Below are positions 29,589-39,206 of a stretch of 64,000 nucleotides of DNA, one piece after another. The DNA lies in the NCBI GenBank assembly GCA_021648085.1, contig JAKITS010000001.1, positions 746,759 through 810,758 on the forward strand. The letters are read 5' to 3'. Source of the stretch: Candidatus Magasanikiibacteriota bacterium. Lineage in GTDB: Bacteria; Patescibacteriota; Patescibacteriia; Magasanikbacterales; UBA922. Numbering within the stretch: position 1 is the first letter of the stretch; each line of letters begins with the position of its first letter. Below the pieces are notes generated by a model. That model was not told the origin of the DNA. It ran no database searches and was given only the letters and a program-made list of their open reading frames with translations. The position numbers and the translations under genes were made by a program.

Positions 29589-30962
29589 CTAAAGTGTTTG
29601 CTGAATAATTTGTGCTGCTCTCTGCACTGCCTGAGCCTGAATCTTCAAAAAGTCTCCGCTATTTTCCAAAGGTTGCGAATAAACATCTACCATATCTGCA
29701 AAAGCTGTGTCCGCTGCGTCTATATCTTTTCCGTGATACCAATTTTTTGCAGTTAGAGCCTGAAAAGCGAACGCTTGCATCTCCACATCTTTTTGTTGCT
29801 GTGCAATTTGAGCTCTAAACGGACTTGGCTGGCTTGTTTTATCTGTATATTTTTTTACATTATTTTGTGAGGCGATAAATCTTACAAAATCCCAAGCCAA
29901 GTCTTGGTTTTCAGACTTGTTTACAACAGACTCAACCCAATAATTTGCTATATTTGTAGGTACCGCTTCATTTAACTGTGGAACAGGAATAACATTCAAA
30001 TTCATTTGTGGTGCACCTGCTTTTATTCTATTTTTGTCGAAAGCAAACCCAAGATAAAATACTGAAGATCCTCTCATAAAATCTTGCAGCGCATCACCTT
30101 TTCTTTTATTCCAAGAATATACATCGCGCGTAGATCTAGCAAAATCTGTATAAAATCCCAATGCCTTTAGAGTTGGGTGGTCTGGAGACGGTCTTTGCAA
30201 ACCTTCTGCAAAACGAACAGAAGAACCGTTTACCATATCCACTCCGCTTTGCATCATCAAAAGAGATAAAATATCAAAAGAATTATCTATATTTTTTGAT
30301 GTTCCAAGCGCAATTCCAGATTGCACAATATCTCCCGCAACATTAAATTTTGTAGATTTTATGACTGCATCTCTCAACTCTTCCCAATCTCTTGGCGCAA
30401 GAGGCACTCCAGACTTATCCAACAAATCTTTGTTATAATAAAGCGCCAAAGTATCTACCGCCAGAGGAAGTCCAAAAATATCTCCGTCTAATATTACATC
30501 TTCTGCAACAGTTCCTATATATTGAGAACGAATGGTGTTTATGTTTGGCATTGCCAAAGTCTCACTTGTTATAATTGTTTCTTTCGCCAAAGTTCCTTTT
30601 ACCTCTACATTTGCAACATTTATACTTCTTGGCATTGGTGCAAGCCTGCTTTTATATTTACCAAGCCAACGGGTGTGAAGAGATACAACATCTGGCCCAA
30701 CATCATCTGCTAGTGCGTTTGCAAATAATTTATCAAATTCATCGTAGCGAACCTGTCTTACATTTACTTTTACATAAGGACGAAGTTGTTGATATGCTAC
30801 AGCCATGTCTCTTAAATGGTCTACATCGTTGAAAACCGTCCAATAATTTAAAGTGACCGGTCGAATAGACTGTTGCTGTTCTTTGGACAAACCCTTACAT
30901 CCAAGACCGGTGGTAATGAGTAAGGAAAAAATTATAGAAAAAATGACAAGCTTGTTTTTCAT
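29589..30962 (-). CDS. Extracellular solute-binding lipoprotein (family 1, sugar-binding-like)
   Basis: Lipobox-like GLGC; TLNYW; GPDVV; GLPLAVDTLALYYNKDLL; AWDFVRF. Confidence 0.87.
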   Translation of the reverse strand: MKNKLVIFSIIFSLLITTGLGCKGLSKEQQQSIRPVTLNYWTVFNDVDHLRDMAVAYQQLRPYVKVNVRQVRYDEFDKLFANALADDVGPDVVSLHTRWLGKYKSRLAPMPRSINVANVEVKGTLAKETIITSETLAMPNINTIRSQYIGTVAEDVILDGDIFGLPLAVDTLALYYNKDLLDKSGVPLAPRDWEELRDAVIKSTKFNVAGDIVQSGIALGTSKNIDNSFDILSLLMMQSGVDMVNGSSVRFAEGLQRPSPDHPTLKALGFYTDFARSTRDVYSWNKRKGDALQDFMRGSSVFYLGFAFDKNRIKAGAPQMNLNVIPVPQLNEAVPTNIANYWVESVVNKSENQDLAWDFVRFIASQNNVKKYTDKTSQPSPFRAQIAQQQKDVEMQAFAFQALTAKNWYHGKDIDAADTAFADMVDVYSQPLENSGDFLKIQAQAVQRAAQIIQQTL

Positions 30963-30966
30963 AGAT

Positions 30967-31902
30967 TTATTTAAATGCTTGAAATATAAAATTTACAAGT
31001 GCATAACTAGAAAGTATAACCAAAATTCCAATACTCGCCCACACAAGTGTATCCATTGCTTTCTTTTGTCGTTCCGAATTTCCATGAGCTGTCATCCACA
31101 AAATACCTGCGTAAATGAAAATTATCAAAGCCAATGTTCCAACTACTCCCATTATAGTTTTGATAACTCTTCCTATTAAAGCCGGAATATCTGTTCCAAG
31201 TTTATTTAAAGATTCAGCAGGCGGAAGCTTAAATGGTGTTTCTTTTTCATCTTTTGGTGCTGGTGGCGTGGGTGGTTTAGTTGCAGAATAAAAAGCTACA
31301 GAATGATCTTTCGCACAATTATAGCTTCTCTGATATTTTTGTACCAAATCTTGACAATCTGATGCTGTATTACAAGTCTTTTTTTCATCTGCACAATATT
31401 TAAAAAATGGATCTTTAGATGGTACACATACTTGAGAATTAGGACAAACACCTGTTTGCTCACATGATTGTGTGGCTGCTAAAAAACAAAAAAAATCTTC
31501 TTGTTTAATCTGACAATTATTGATTTCAGCTTTATAATAATAATGAAGAAAAGCCGTATCCTCTATAAACCCTTCAATGTTTGTATTATCACATGAACTC
31601 TGATCTTTAATTATTTTTTGCGAAAATAATATTATATTATTTACTATTTGCGGTTTATAAGGATAACAACTATTTTCGGGTATCATATTATTAATCATAT
31701 CAACAAAAGAAAACCCCTTATTTATAATAAATTTAGTTCCTGGATGATTTTTTGTACAATCTTGACCTGGAGAAGATGTAGATGATGCTGTTTTACCTGA
31801 TAAGTTAACATCACAAACACAATCCTCTGCTTTAACATTCCCACCAACAAAAAACACCCCAAAAACAACAAATCCTAAAATTAAAAACCTAAAATTCCTC
31901 AT
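30967..31902 (-). CDS. TrbC/VirB2-like pilin with a large N-terminal Cys-rich domain
   Basis: C-terminal IYAGILWMTAHGNSERQKKA..TLVWA.IG; Cys-rich N-terminal region. Confidence 0.85.
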   Translation of the reverse strand: MRNFRFLILGFVVFGVFFVGGNVKAEDCVCDVNLSGKTASSTSSPGQDCTKNHPGTKFIINKGFSFVDMINNMIPENSCYPYKPQIVNNIILFSQKIIKDQSSCDNTNIEGFIEDTAFLHYYYKAEINNCQIKQEDFFCFLAATQSCEQTGVCPNSQVCVPSKDPFFKYCADEKKTCNTASDCQDLVQKYQRSYNCAKDHSVAFYSATKPPTPPAPKDEKETPFKLPPAESLNKLGTDIPALIGRVIKTIMGVVGTLALIIFIYAGILWMTAHGNSERQKKAMDTLVWASIGILVILSSYALVNFIFQAFK

Positions 31903-32747
31903 AATAAACCTTCTTTTTTAGCAAAATGTATTGATGTCTTTAATAATGCCAATTTATTTCCTGTGTCAAAATATTCTCCTTCATATTCATAAGCCAAAAA
32001 TGTATTTTTCCTCGCCATATCGTCTGCTGCGTCAGAAAGCCAAACTTCACCATCTTTTCCACGACGAGTTTTTTCTAAATATTTCCAAATTTCTTTTGTA
32101 AAAACATATCTCATTCCACCCACAATTAATCCTTGCGGTGAAACCTTTTTTTCTACTGGTTTTTCTACAAATTTTCTAACCCTAAATGTTTTTTTACCAT
32201 CAACCAAGTCTGCATACACATTTCCATATTTTGTCATTGCTTTTGTGTCTGTAATTCTTTGAACTCCAATTACACTATGTCCTTTTTTCTTGAAAACTTT
32301 CAAAAGTTGTTTTATAACCGGAACTTTTGCATCTATAATACTGTCTCCATCTGAAAATGCAAAAGGTTCATCTCCTACAAAATTGCGCGCACAAAGAAGA
32401 GCATCCCCATTTCCGAGAGGCTCTCTTTGTCGTGTATAAAAAAATCTAACTTTTTTTGTAAGATTTACCAAATCTTTTATTCTATCGTATTTACCTTTTT
32501 CTTTTAAAAACTTTTCAAATGATAAATCTCTATCAAAATGATCCTCTATCGCTCTTTTTTGTGAACTTGTGACGAAAATTATTTCTGTAATTCCACTTTT
32601 TGCCATTTCCTCTACAATATATTGCACAACTGGTTTGTCCAAAACAGGAAGCATTTCTTTTGGCATTGCTTTTGTTGCAGGCAAAAATCTGGTTCCAAGA
32701 CCAGCCACCACAATCACACCTTTTTTAACTTTTTGCACTTTTGGCAT
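31899..32747 (-). CDS. galU: UTP--glucose-1-phosphate uridylyltransferase
   Basis: AGLGTRFLPATKAMPKEMLPV.DKP; IEDHFD; RQREPLG.G; FVEKP; FDTG.K. Confidence 0.92.
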   Translation of the reverse strand: MPKVQKVKKGVIVVAGLGTRFLPATKAMPKEMLPVLDKPVVQYIVEEMAKSGITEIIFVTSSQKRAIEDHFDRDLSFEKFLKEKGKYDRIKDLVNLTKKVRFFYTRQREPLGNGDALLCARNFVGDEPFAFSDGDSIIDAKVPVIKQLLKVFKKKGHSVIGVQRITDTKAMTKYGNVYADLVDGKKTFRVRKFVEKPVEKKVSPQGLIVGGMRYVFTKEIWKYLEKTRRGKDGEVWLSDAADDMARKNTFLAYEYEGEYFDTGNKLALLKTSIHFAKKEGLL

Positions 32748-32892
32748 AACTAAAGAATTATTCTTGTAAAAAGCTATTTTAAAATAGTCCTGCTATTATA
32801 CCACAAAAAATAAATGCGCAATAAAAGACAGAAGTGCGAAGTGAATAAAACCCTGGATTTTCAATCGAGATGAAGATGGTAAAAATCCCACA

Positions 32893-33082
32893 CGCCATCC
32901 TGAGCGGAATTTTCCACACGTCATCCTGAGCGGAGTCGAAGGATCTCGAAATAAAAACACTAGAACGCAAAATATTCAAAGTTCTAGTGATGCGGCATCG
33001 AGATATTTCGACTCCACTGCGTTCCGCTCAATATGACGTGAGCTTTGATTTTTAACTCCACTGCGTTCCGCTCAATATGACG
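32893..33082 (-). repeat. REP array (B'-B-spacer-A-A, inverted)
   Basis: cgtcatcctgagcggagtcgaaggatctcg and two cgctcaatatgacg. Confidence 0.9.
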
Positions 33083-33218
33083 TGAACTTTTATTTTTAAC
33101 TCCACGAGGTGAAACTTATAATATGATCTATGCTAATTTTTTAACTCCGCTTTGTTTTATTCAAAATAATATAATAAAAAAAGAACCTCTTTAGAGGTTC
33201 TTTTTTTATTTTTTGTTT

Positions 33219-33446
33219 CTATTTAGGAACAAAAGCAATTAACCCTGCAATTCTAGCCTGTTTGATAGCTTTTGCGGTTCTTCTCTGGTGTTTAGAACAA
33301 AGCCCTGTTCTACGCCTTGCACCAATCTTCAAAAAAGATGAAACAAAACGACGAAGTGTTTGCACATCTTTATAATCTATTTCTTGAGAGTTATTTTTAC
33401 AAAAATAACAATACTTCTTTTTTTGATTTTTAGCCTTTCTAATCAT
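33219..33446 (-). CDS. rpsR: 30S ribosomal protein S18 (Zn-binding type)
   Basis: CYFC; IDYKD..TL.RF; RR.TGLC.KHQR; AIK.AR. Confidence 0.95.
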   Translation of the reverse strand: MIRKAKNQKKKYCYFCKNNSQEIDYKDVQTLRRFVSSFLKIGARRRTGLCSKHQRRTAKAIKQARIAGLIAFVPK

Positions 33447-33462
33447 AACTATTTAAAAAATT

Positions 33463-33936
33463 TTAAAATGGTATATCTTCTACCTTAATTTCCTCTGTGT
33501 CGTTTGCTTCTACTTGCTGAGTTTTGCTTGTAGATTCCTGTTGAATTACTGGAATTGGTGCCGGAGTGCTTTGATCTGCATTTCCTGCATTATTTGTGTT
33601 TCCTCTAGAGCCACCGCCTAGCATTATCATTTGGTTTACAACAATTTCTGTTCTATATCTTTTCACCCCGTCTTTACCTACCCAGTCTCTTGTCTCAATC
33701 CTACCCTCCAAATATATCTTCTGTCCTTTTGATAGATATTGACCAGCAATTTCAGCCAAACGCCCCCACAATACACAGTTGTGAAATTGAACTTTTTCTT
33801 GCTTATTTCCACTCTTATCTGTCCAAGTTTGGTTTGTTGCAACAGATAAAGTTGCTACAGTTTGCCCACTTGGTGTTGTTTTTACCTCTGGGTCAGCAGT
33901 AAGTCTCCCCAAAATTGTTGCCCTATTTAAATCCAT
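33463..33936 (-). CDS. ssb: Single-stranded DNA-binding protein
   Basis: N...I.GRLT.DPE; YLSKG..IY.EGR; C-terminal DIPF. Confidence 0.97.
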   Translation of the reverse strand: MDLNRATILGRLTADPEVKTTPSGQTVATLSVATNQTWTDKSGNKQEKVQFHNCVLWGRLAEIAGQYLSKGQKIYLEGRIETRDWVGKDGVKRYRTEIVVNQMIMLGGGSRGNTNNAGNADQSTPAPIPVIQQESTSKTQQVEANDTEEIKVEDIPF

Positions 33937-33945
33937 AGAATTAAA

Positions 33946-34452
33946 TTAAACTTTTTCTAAATCACTCTCTAAAATTTTATCCAAATTTTTATCGATTTCT
34001 TTCAAGTCTATCTTTTCAGCTTCTTTTTTTATTGCAACCGGAGTTTTACTTCTTTCCCTTCTATTATTTCTTGGTCTTTCCTTTGGTGCATCTCTATCAA
34101 TCTTTGAAAGTGTTTCCATTGAAGTTTTTGGACCACCAGCTTTTCTTTCTCTTTCAGTTCTTACTTTTGCATCAAACTTTGTAATTATTGCCCTCAAAAG
34201 TTCTCTAACTTCATTTAATTTTTTTCTAACATCTGCAAATTCGCCTCCTTTTGCTTCAAATTGGATTATTTGAAAATATCCGTAACGAATATGCTTGATA
34301 GGATAAGCCAAACGACTCTTTCCTAAATTTTGCACAGTCATATTTTCAATACCACTTTTTGACAAAATTTCTTTTACATTTTCAATCACCGGCTTCACTT
34401 CTTCTTCTGTAAGAGTCCCCGGTAATACGCACAATAACTCGTAATTCTGCAT
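33946..34452 (-). CDS. rpsF: 30S ribosomal protein S6 with a long C-terminal extension
   Basis: MQNYEL; LG..RLAYPI; rpsF-ssb-rpsR synteny; start ATG 34452. Confidence 0.92.
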   Translation of the reverse strand: MQNYELLCVLPGTLTEEEVKPVIENVKEILSKSGIENMTVQNLGKSRLAYPIKHIRYGYFQIIQFEAKGGEFADVRKKLNEVRELLRAIITKFDAKVRTERERKAGGPKTSMETLSKIDRDAPKERPRNNRRERSKTPVAIKKEAEKIDLKEIDKNLDKILESDLEKV

Positions 34453-34597
34453 AATACTTGATAAAACCACCAAAATGTGGTAAATTATTAACTATGTTGT
34501 GAAATTATTTTAACTGAATTTAAAAAACTAAGCCAAAATAAAACGCACAATGGAACTAATATATCAGATTAGATATAAAAAGTCAAGAAAAACAACT

Positions 34598-35722
34598 ATG
34601 AAATACATATTTAACCTTGGGCATCAGCCAAAAATTTCTTTTGAAGAGATAGTCGCAATACTCGAAAGAGATAGAATTTCTCACGAAATATACTTTGAAA
34701 ATGAAAAATTTCTAATTTTAGAGCTGGATAAAGAAATAGATTCAGAAAAAATGCTAATGAAATTAGGCGGAACAATAAAAATTGGAAAAGAAATAGAAAA
34801 AATAGAAAGTGTAGAAAATACTGCAATAGAATATTTAAACAGAACCCAACCAGAAGGAAAAATTCAATTTTCAATAAATGGTGACGATAAGAAAAATATC
34901 GCACTTAGTGTGAAAAAGGGATTAAAAAAAGAAGGGCGTTCTGTAAGATTTGTAGAAACAAACACAAGTGCATCTGTTGTATACAATAAACTTATGCAAA
35001 AAAATAGTGATCTTATGGTATCAAAAGGATTACTTTTTGTGACAACTGCAATACAAGATTTTGAAGGATTTAGCAAAAGAGATATGAACCGCCCAGCAAT
35101 AGACAAAAAAAGTGGAACACTACCTCCAAAACTTTCAAAAATAATGATAAATTTGGCAAAAGGAAGCCCAACAAAAAATGTATTATTAGATCCATTCTGC
35201 GGTTCTGGTACAATTTTAAACGAAGCAATAGTTTTGGGATACCACAAATTGGTAGCAAACGACTCTAGCAAACAAGCAATAGAGGACACAAAGAAAAATG
35301 TAAAATGGATAGGCCGTGAGCTTGATAAACACCCAAATGTACGCTTTACTACCGCAAGAGCTGAACAGATAGAAAAAACATTAACAGAGGAATCTGTAAA
35401 TATTATTGTCACAGAGCCTTTTATGGGAAAACCCTTGCTCGGTAGAGAAACAGAGAAAGAGTTGCAAAACCAAGCAAATGGACTTTCCGATATGTATCTT
35501 GCCTCATTCAGAAGTTTCCATAAAATACTTGCAGCAAACGCAACCGTTGTTTTTATATTTCCTCAATTTAGATTTGAGGGCGATTGGATAAAAACAGAAA
35601 GAATAGAAGAAATTAAAAAACTTGGATACAAAGTGATGCCTTTCTCAAAAAATGAATCACTACTTTACTACCGCAAAGGTCAGTTTGTAGCTAGAAATAT
35701 CTGGCGCTTTAGAAAAGTTTAA
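34598..35722 (+). CDS. TRM11/Trm14-like SAM-dependent RNA methyltransferase
   Basis: RD..RP; G.LPPKLS.IMINL; LLDPFCGSGTIL.EA; IVTEPFMG. Confidence 0.85.
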   Translation: MKYIFNLGHQPKISFEEIVAILERDRISHEIYFENEKFLILELDKEIDSEKMLMKLGGTIKIGKEIEKIESVENTAIEYLNRTQPEGKIQFSINGDDKKNIALSVKKGLKKEGRSVRFVETNTSASVVYNKLMQKNSDLMVSKGLLFVTTAIQDFEGFSKRDMNRPAIDKKSGTLPPKLSKIMINLAKGSPTKNVLLDPFCGSGTILNEAIVLGYHKLVANDSSKQAIEDTKKNVKWIGRELDKHPNVRFTTARAEQIEKTLTEESVNIIVTEPFMGKPLLGRETEKELQNQANGLSDMYLASFRSFHKILAANATVVFIFPQFRFEGDWIKTERIEEIKKLGYKVMPFSKNESLLYYRKGQFVARNIWRFRKV

Positions 35723-35790
35723 AACTTAAAATAAAAAACTACCGTTTTAACGGTAGTTTTTTTATATTTTATGTTTTGGTGATTCTATTG

Positions 35791-36105
35791 CGAGATCCAT
35801 TCGACTTCATTCCATTTCATTCCATTTCACTCCATTTCGCTCAGGATGACGTGATTTAACATACGTCATATTGAGCGGAGTGAAACGGAGTCGAAATATC
35901 TCGATTCAAAATCATTAGAATTATGAATATTTAAAACCTTGTGATATTGTCCCGAGATCCTTCGACTTCGCTCAGGATGACGTATGTGTGTTTTCCGCTC
36001 AGGATGACGTTTTTTTGTTCACATTATATTGAGCGGAGTGAACTTAGGATGACGCGTGTATTTTACGTCATCTTGAGCGGAACGAAGTGGAGTCGAATGG
36101 ATCTC
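35791..36105. repeat. REP array with an expanded B site (30-nt loop insertion), a full REPIN and several half-sites
   Basis: cgact-tcattccatttcattccatttcactccatt-tcgctcaggatgac; REPIN at about 35864-35982. Confidence 0.9.
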
Positions 36106-36204
36106 CGTGCAATATAACCAGAATATAAATAATTAAATTAAAACATTAGTCCGTCTTTCTTTTTGTTTTTCTGTCTAATGTTATTTGCATAACGTATCAT
36201 GTCC

Positions 36205-37278
36205 TTATGTATTCACATGAAAGTAAATAACATCTCCATCTTGAACTTCATAATCTTTTCCAGCCAAACGCATTTTTCCTGTGCTTTTTATATCATTCCA
36301 ACCACCGTTATCTACAAAATCTTGCCAACCCACTACATCTGCCTTTATAAAACCTTTTATGAAATCTGTATGAATTACTCCAGCGGACTCTGGCGCAAAT
36401 GTATTTTCTTTTACAGTCCAGGCTCTAGTTTCCTGCACTCCACTTGTAAAAAATGTTACTAATCCTAAAATTTCATAGCCTTTACGGATCAACTTATCCA
36501 AACCAGTTTCTGATACTCCACTTTCTTTTAGGTATTCAAGTGCTTCTTCCTCACCCAATTCTGCAAGCTCTGCTTCCAATTTTGCACTTACATAAATATG
36601 TTGAATTTCATTTTCTATTACAACTTTTTCTTCTTCTTTGAAGTCCTCGCTTACATTTACTATATACACCATCGGTTTAAGTGTAATTAGTTGCAATTCT
36701 TTCAAAATAACCTGCTCTTCTTCATTATATTCCAAAGATCTGGCAGGCTGATCCGCCTCCAAAGTTGTATTTATTTTTTCCAATAATGCCAAGTTTGATA
36801 TTAATTCTTTTGCATTTGAACTTTTCAATTGTTTTTTTGTAGCTTCCAAACGTTTTTGCACTACCTGCCAATCTGCCAAAATCAATTCTGTATTTATAAC
36901 TTGAGCATCCTTTTTAGGATTTGCTTCGCTGTCTACATGAGTTACATTTGAATCTGCAAAACTACGCACCACATGTACAATAGCATCTACCTCGCGAATA
37001 TGAGAAAGGAATTTATTTCCCAAACCTTCTCCTTTTGAGGCACCTTCTACCAAACCTGCAATATCTACAAATTTTATAGCTGTAGGAATTATTTTCAAAG
37101 ATTTTGAAGAATCACTAAGCGCAGAGAGTCTTTCGTCTGGAACCTCAACAATACCAACATTTGGTTCGATGGTACAAAAAGGATAATTTTGCGCTTCTGC
37201 CTGCTTACTTCTGGTAAGCGCATTAAAAAGTGTTGATTTGCCGACATTTGGCAACCCAACGATTCCTATTGATAACAT
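36205..37278 (-). CDS. ychF: Redox-regulated ATPase YchF
   Basis: GIVGLPNVGKSTLFNALT; NYPFCTIEPN; DIAGLV.GAS.GEGLGN.FL; GKDY.VQDGD. Confidence 0.97.
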   Translation of the reverse strand: MLSIGIVGLPNVGKSTLFNALTRSKQAEAQNYPFCTIEPNVGIVEVPDERLSALSDSSKSLKIIPTAIKFVDIAGLVEGASKGEGLGNKFLSHIREVDAIVHVVRSFADSNVTHVDSEANPKKDAQVINTELILADWQVVQKRLEATKKQLKSSNAKELISNLALLEKINTTLEADQPARSLEYNEEEQVILKELQLITLKPMVYIVNVSEDFKEEEKVVIENEIQHIYVSAKLEAELAELGEEEALEYLKESGVSETGLDKLIRKGYEILGLVTFFTSGVQETRAWTVKENTFAPESAGVIHTDFIKGFIKADVVGWQDFVDNGGWNDIKSTGKMRLAGKDYEVQDGDVIYFHVNT

Positions 37279-37307
37279 GTTTTAAAATTAAAGTTTATAA
37301 AGAGTTC

Positions 37308-37426
37308 ACGTCATATTGAGCGGAACGCAGTGGAGTCGAAATATCTCGATGCTGTATCATTAGAACTTTGAATATTGATATTCTGGTGATACTTTCCCGA
37401 GATCCTTCGGCTTCGCTCAGGATGAC
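37308..37426 (+). repeat. A/B REPIN
   Basis: Canonical copy immediately upstream of ychF. Confidence 0.9.
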
Positions 37427-37509
37427 GTGATTGTTTATCTTACAATTCCTTATAGTTTACACAAAAAAAACCGCGCTGTCTAGTATGACAACGCGAGTAT
37501 TAAAGAATT

Positions 37510-37953
37510 TTACATAACCCATTGAGGATCGGCCGATTCTGCCTCATCATCTTGCAATTGGCGGTTGCAAGATAAAACTTGGCCGAAAGACCACTCAAGA
37601 GCCTCTTTTTTTTCAAAAAAAGTTTTAACCAAAAGCCTATTTTTATTTACCAAAGCCTGTTCTCCAGGCTTAATAAATTGCCAATGTGTGTTAGTGTGAA
37701 TCTTCCAATTCACACTAAGCAAACCATCTGCATTCAGAAAAAAACTTACTCCATTTAGTACTAGCTCATTTTCTTTTTTCAAAAATTTATGAAGACCATT
37801 ATGACCTTTCATAAAATTCAACTCTACATCCAACATTACAACAAAAAGTCCACAAACGGACTTTGCAACCTTTTCTCTTTGGCGACAAAGAAAGACTTCG
37901 GACGCCTTTAATACAGCCATCTCAATGTTTTCAAGAACTTTCCACTTACCCAT
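37510..37953 (-). CDS. Hypothetical protein
   Basis: About 147 aa, with a GGAGG SD upstream and a terminator-like hairpin at about 37466-37497. Confidence 0.6.
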   Translation of the reverse strand: MGKWKVLENIEMAVLKASEVFLCRQREKVAKSVCGLFVVMLDVELNFMKGHNGLHKFLKKENELVLNGVSFFLNADGLLSVNWKIHTNTHWQFIKPGEQALVNKNRLLVKTFFEKKEALEWSFGQVLSCNRQLQDDEAESADPQWVM

Positions 37954-38501
37954 CACTCCCCTCCTAATATTGTAAAGCCAGAAAATTCTGGCGACAAAGA
38001 TCTTCCTTGATCTCTTTTCTTTAAATTCTACTATTAAAAGCTAAAGAAAAAAGCAGTTTTTTAAGGAAAAACTGCTAAAACCCATACTACTGAATAAACC
38101 CTTTTAACTAGTTAGAAGCTTGTTTACATCGCGTACGCCGACATAACTTCTAAAAAGTAGAGTAAAGCCAGAAACTTTATTTTTCGATAGGTAAAGTTTG
38201 TAAACCTATTCTTTGCCAATCCCAATCGTCTAAGTTTTCGCAGCCTGATGTCGACCAACAAGAATACTTAACTCCATGGTTTTGGTTTTTTGTCTTGTTT
38301 TTAGTCCGAATATGTAAATGACTGCAAACAAGATCCCTTCGAAATGACTTTTGGTTTTCTCTCCAAGGCGTCAAAGACCTCAGTATTTGCCTATTAGGCT
38401 TTGTGTTATAGCGACCATACTGTGGACACTCAAGCCAATCGCCTGTTCACCAATTTCTCCTTTTCGTTCGGCGATTCGGATTTTTTGAAATCATGATAAT
38501 A

Positions 38502-38530
38502 ACTATACCCCATTTTTAAACTTTTGTCAA
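38502..38530 (-). promoter_or_regulatory. Consensus sigma70 promoter
   Basis: TTGACA-17-TATAGT. Confidence 0.65.
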
Positions 38531-38746
38531 GTCTTTTGACCCAAAAACCTAAAATTCTTCCTCAAATTTGACTTATTTTAGCGAAAAACTTAAAATATAC
38601 CATTTTAAACAAAACGAAACTTATTATATAATACTAAATAAAATAAAACGGAATCAAAATGACATTTTTTTGTTCACGTCATATTGAATGGAACGCCTGC
38701 CTGCCGGCAGGCAGGAAGTAGAGTCGAAATAACATGACTTAACATA

Positions 38747-39144
38747 CGTTATCCTAAGCAGAGCAAAGAGGAGTCGAACGGATCTCGTATTTATTTCACT
38801 ATTTATTAATCCCCAAACAAATCTCTCATTTCTGGATTTAATTTTTTAATTAAATTTAGTTTTTTAGCACGCACCCAACCTTTCAATTGTTTTTCACGTT
38901 GAATAGCATATAATGAACTATCGTGTTCTTCAAAATATAAAAGTTAATTTATATTATATTTTGCAGTAAAACTATTTTTGTCTTTTTTATATTTATGTTC
39001 TATTGCTCTTCGTTCTAGTTTATTTGTAATACCAATATAATATACTGTTTTGCGAGAGTTGGACATTATGTAAACATAAAATTTTTTCATAATTATATTC
39101 TGGTGATTTTATCCCGAGATCCTTCGGCTTCGCTCAGGATGACG
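38747..39144. mobile_element. Candidate autonomous REP-GIY-YIG-REP element
   Basis: Degenerate REP (38747-38787), left spacer half, gene, right spacer half, then B site (39115-39144). Confidence 0.55.
38806..39090 (-). pseudogene. Small GIY-YIG nuclease with one in-frame TAA (codon 49)
   Basis: Manual translation: MKKFYVYIMSNSRKTVYYIGITNKLERRAIEHKYKKDKNSFTAKYNIN*LLYFEEHDSSLYAIQREKQLKGWVRAKKLNLIKKLNPEMRDLFGD. Confidence 0.9.
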
Positions 39145-39206
39145 TAACGGAAAGGTGATACTTTCCCGAGATCCTTCGGCTTCGCTCAGGATGACGTGTG
39201 GAAAAT

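Noticed and set aside
32779-32979. Short ORFs at 8800, 32779, 50387 and 62379
   Set aside because: They are translations of REP sequence (SFDSAQDD, ESKYLV, ILSEVEGSR), with no independent evidence of coding.
38447-38946. Alternative genetic code explaining the in-frame stops
   Set aside because: TGA and TAA terminate many genes normally (e.g. ATGA overlaps at 31899 and 55314), and long genes contain no internal stops.
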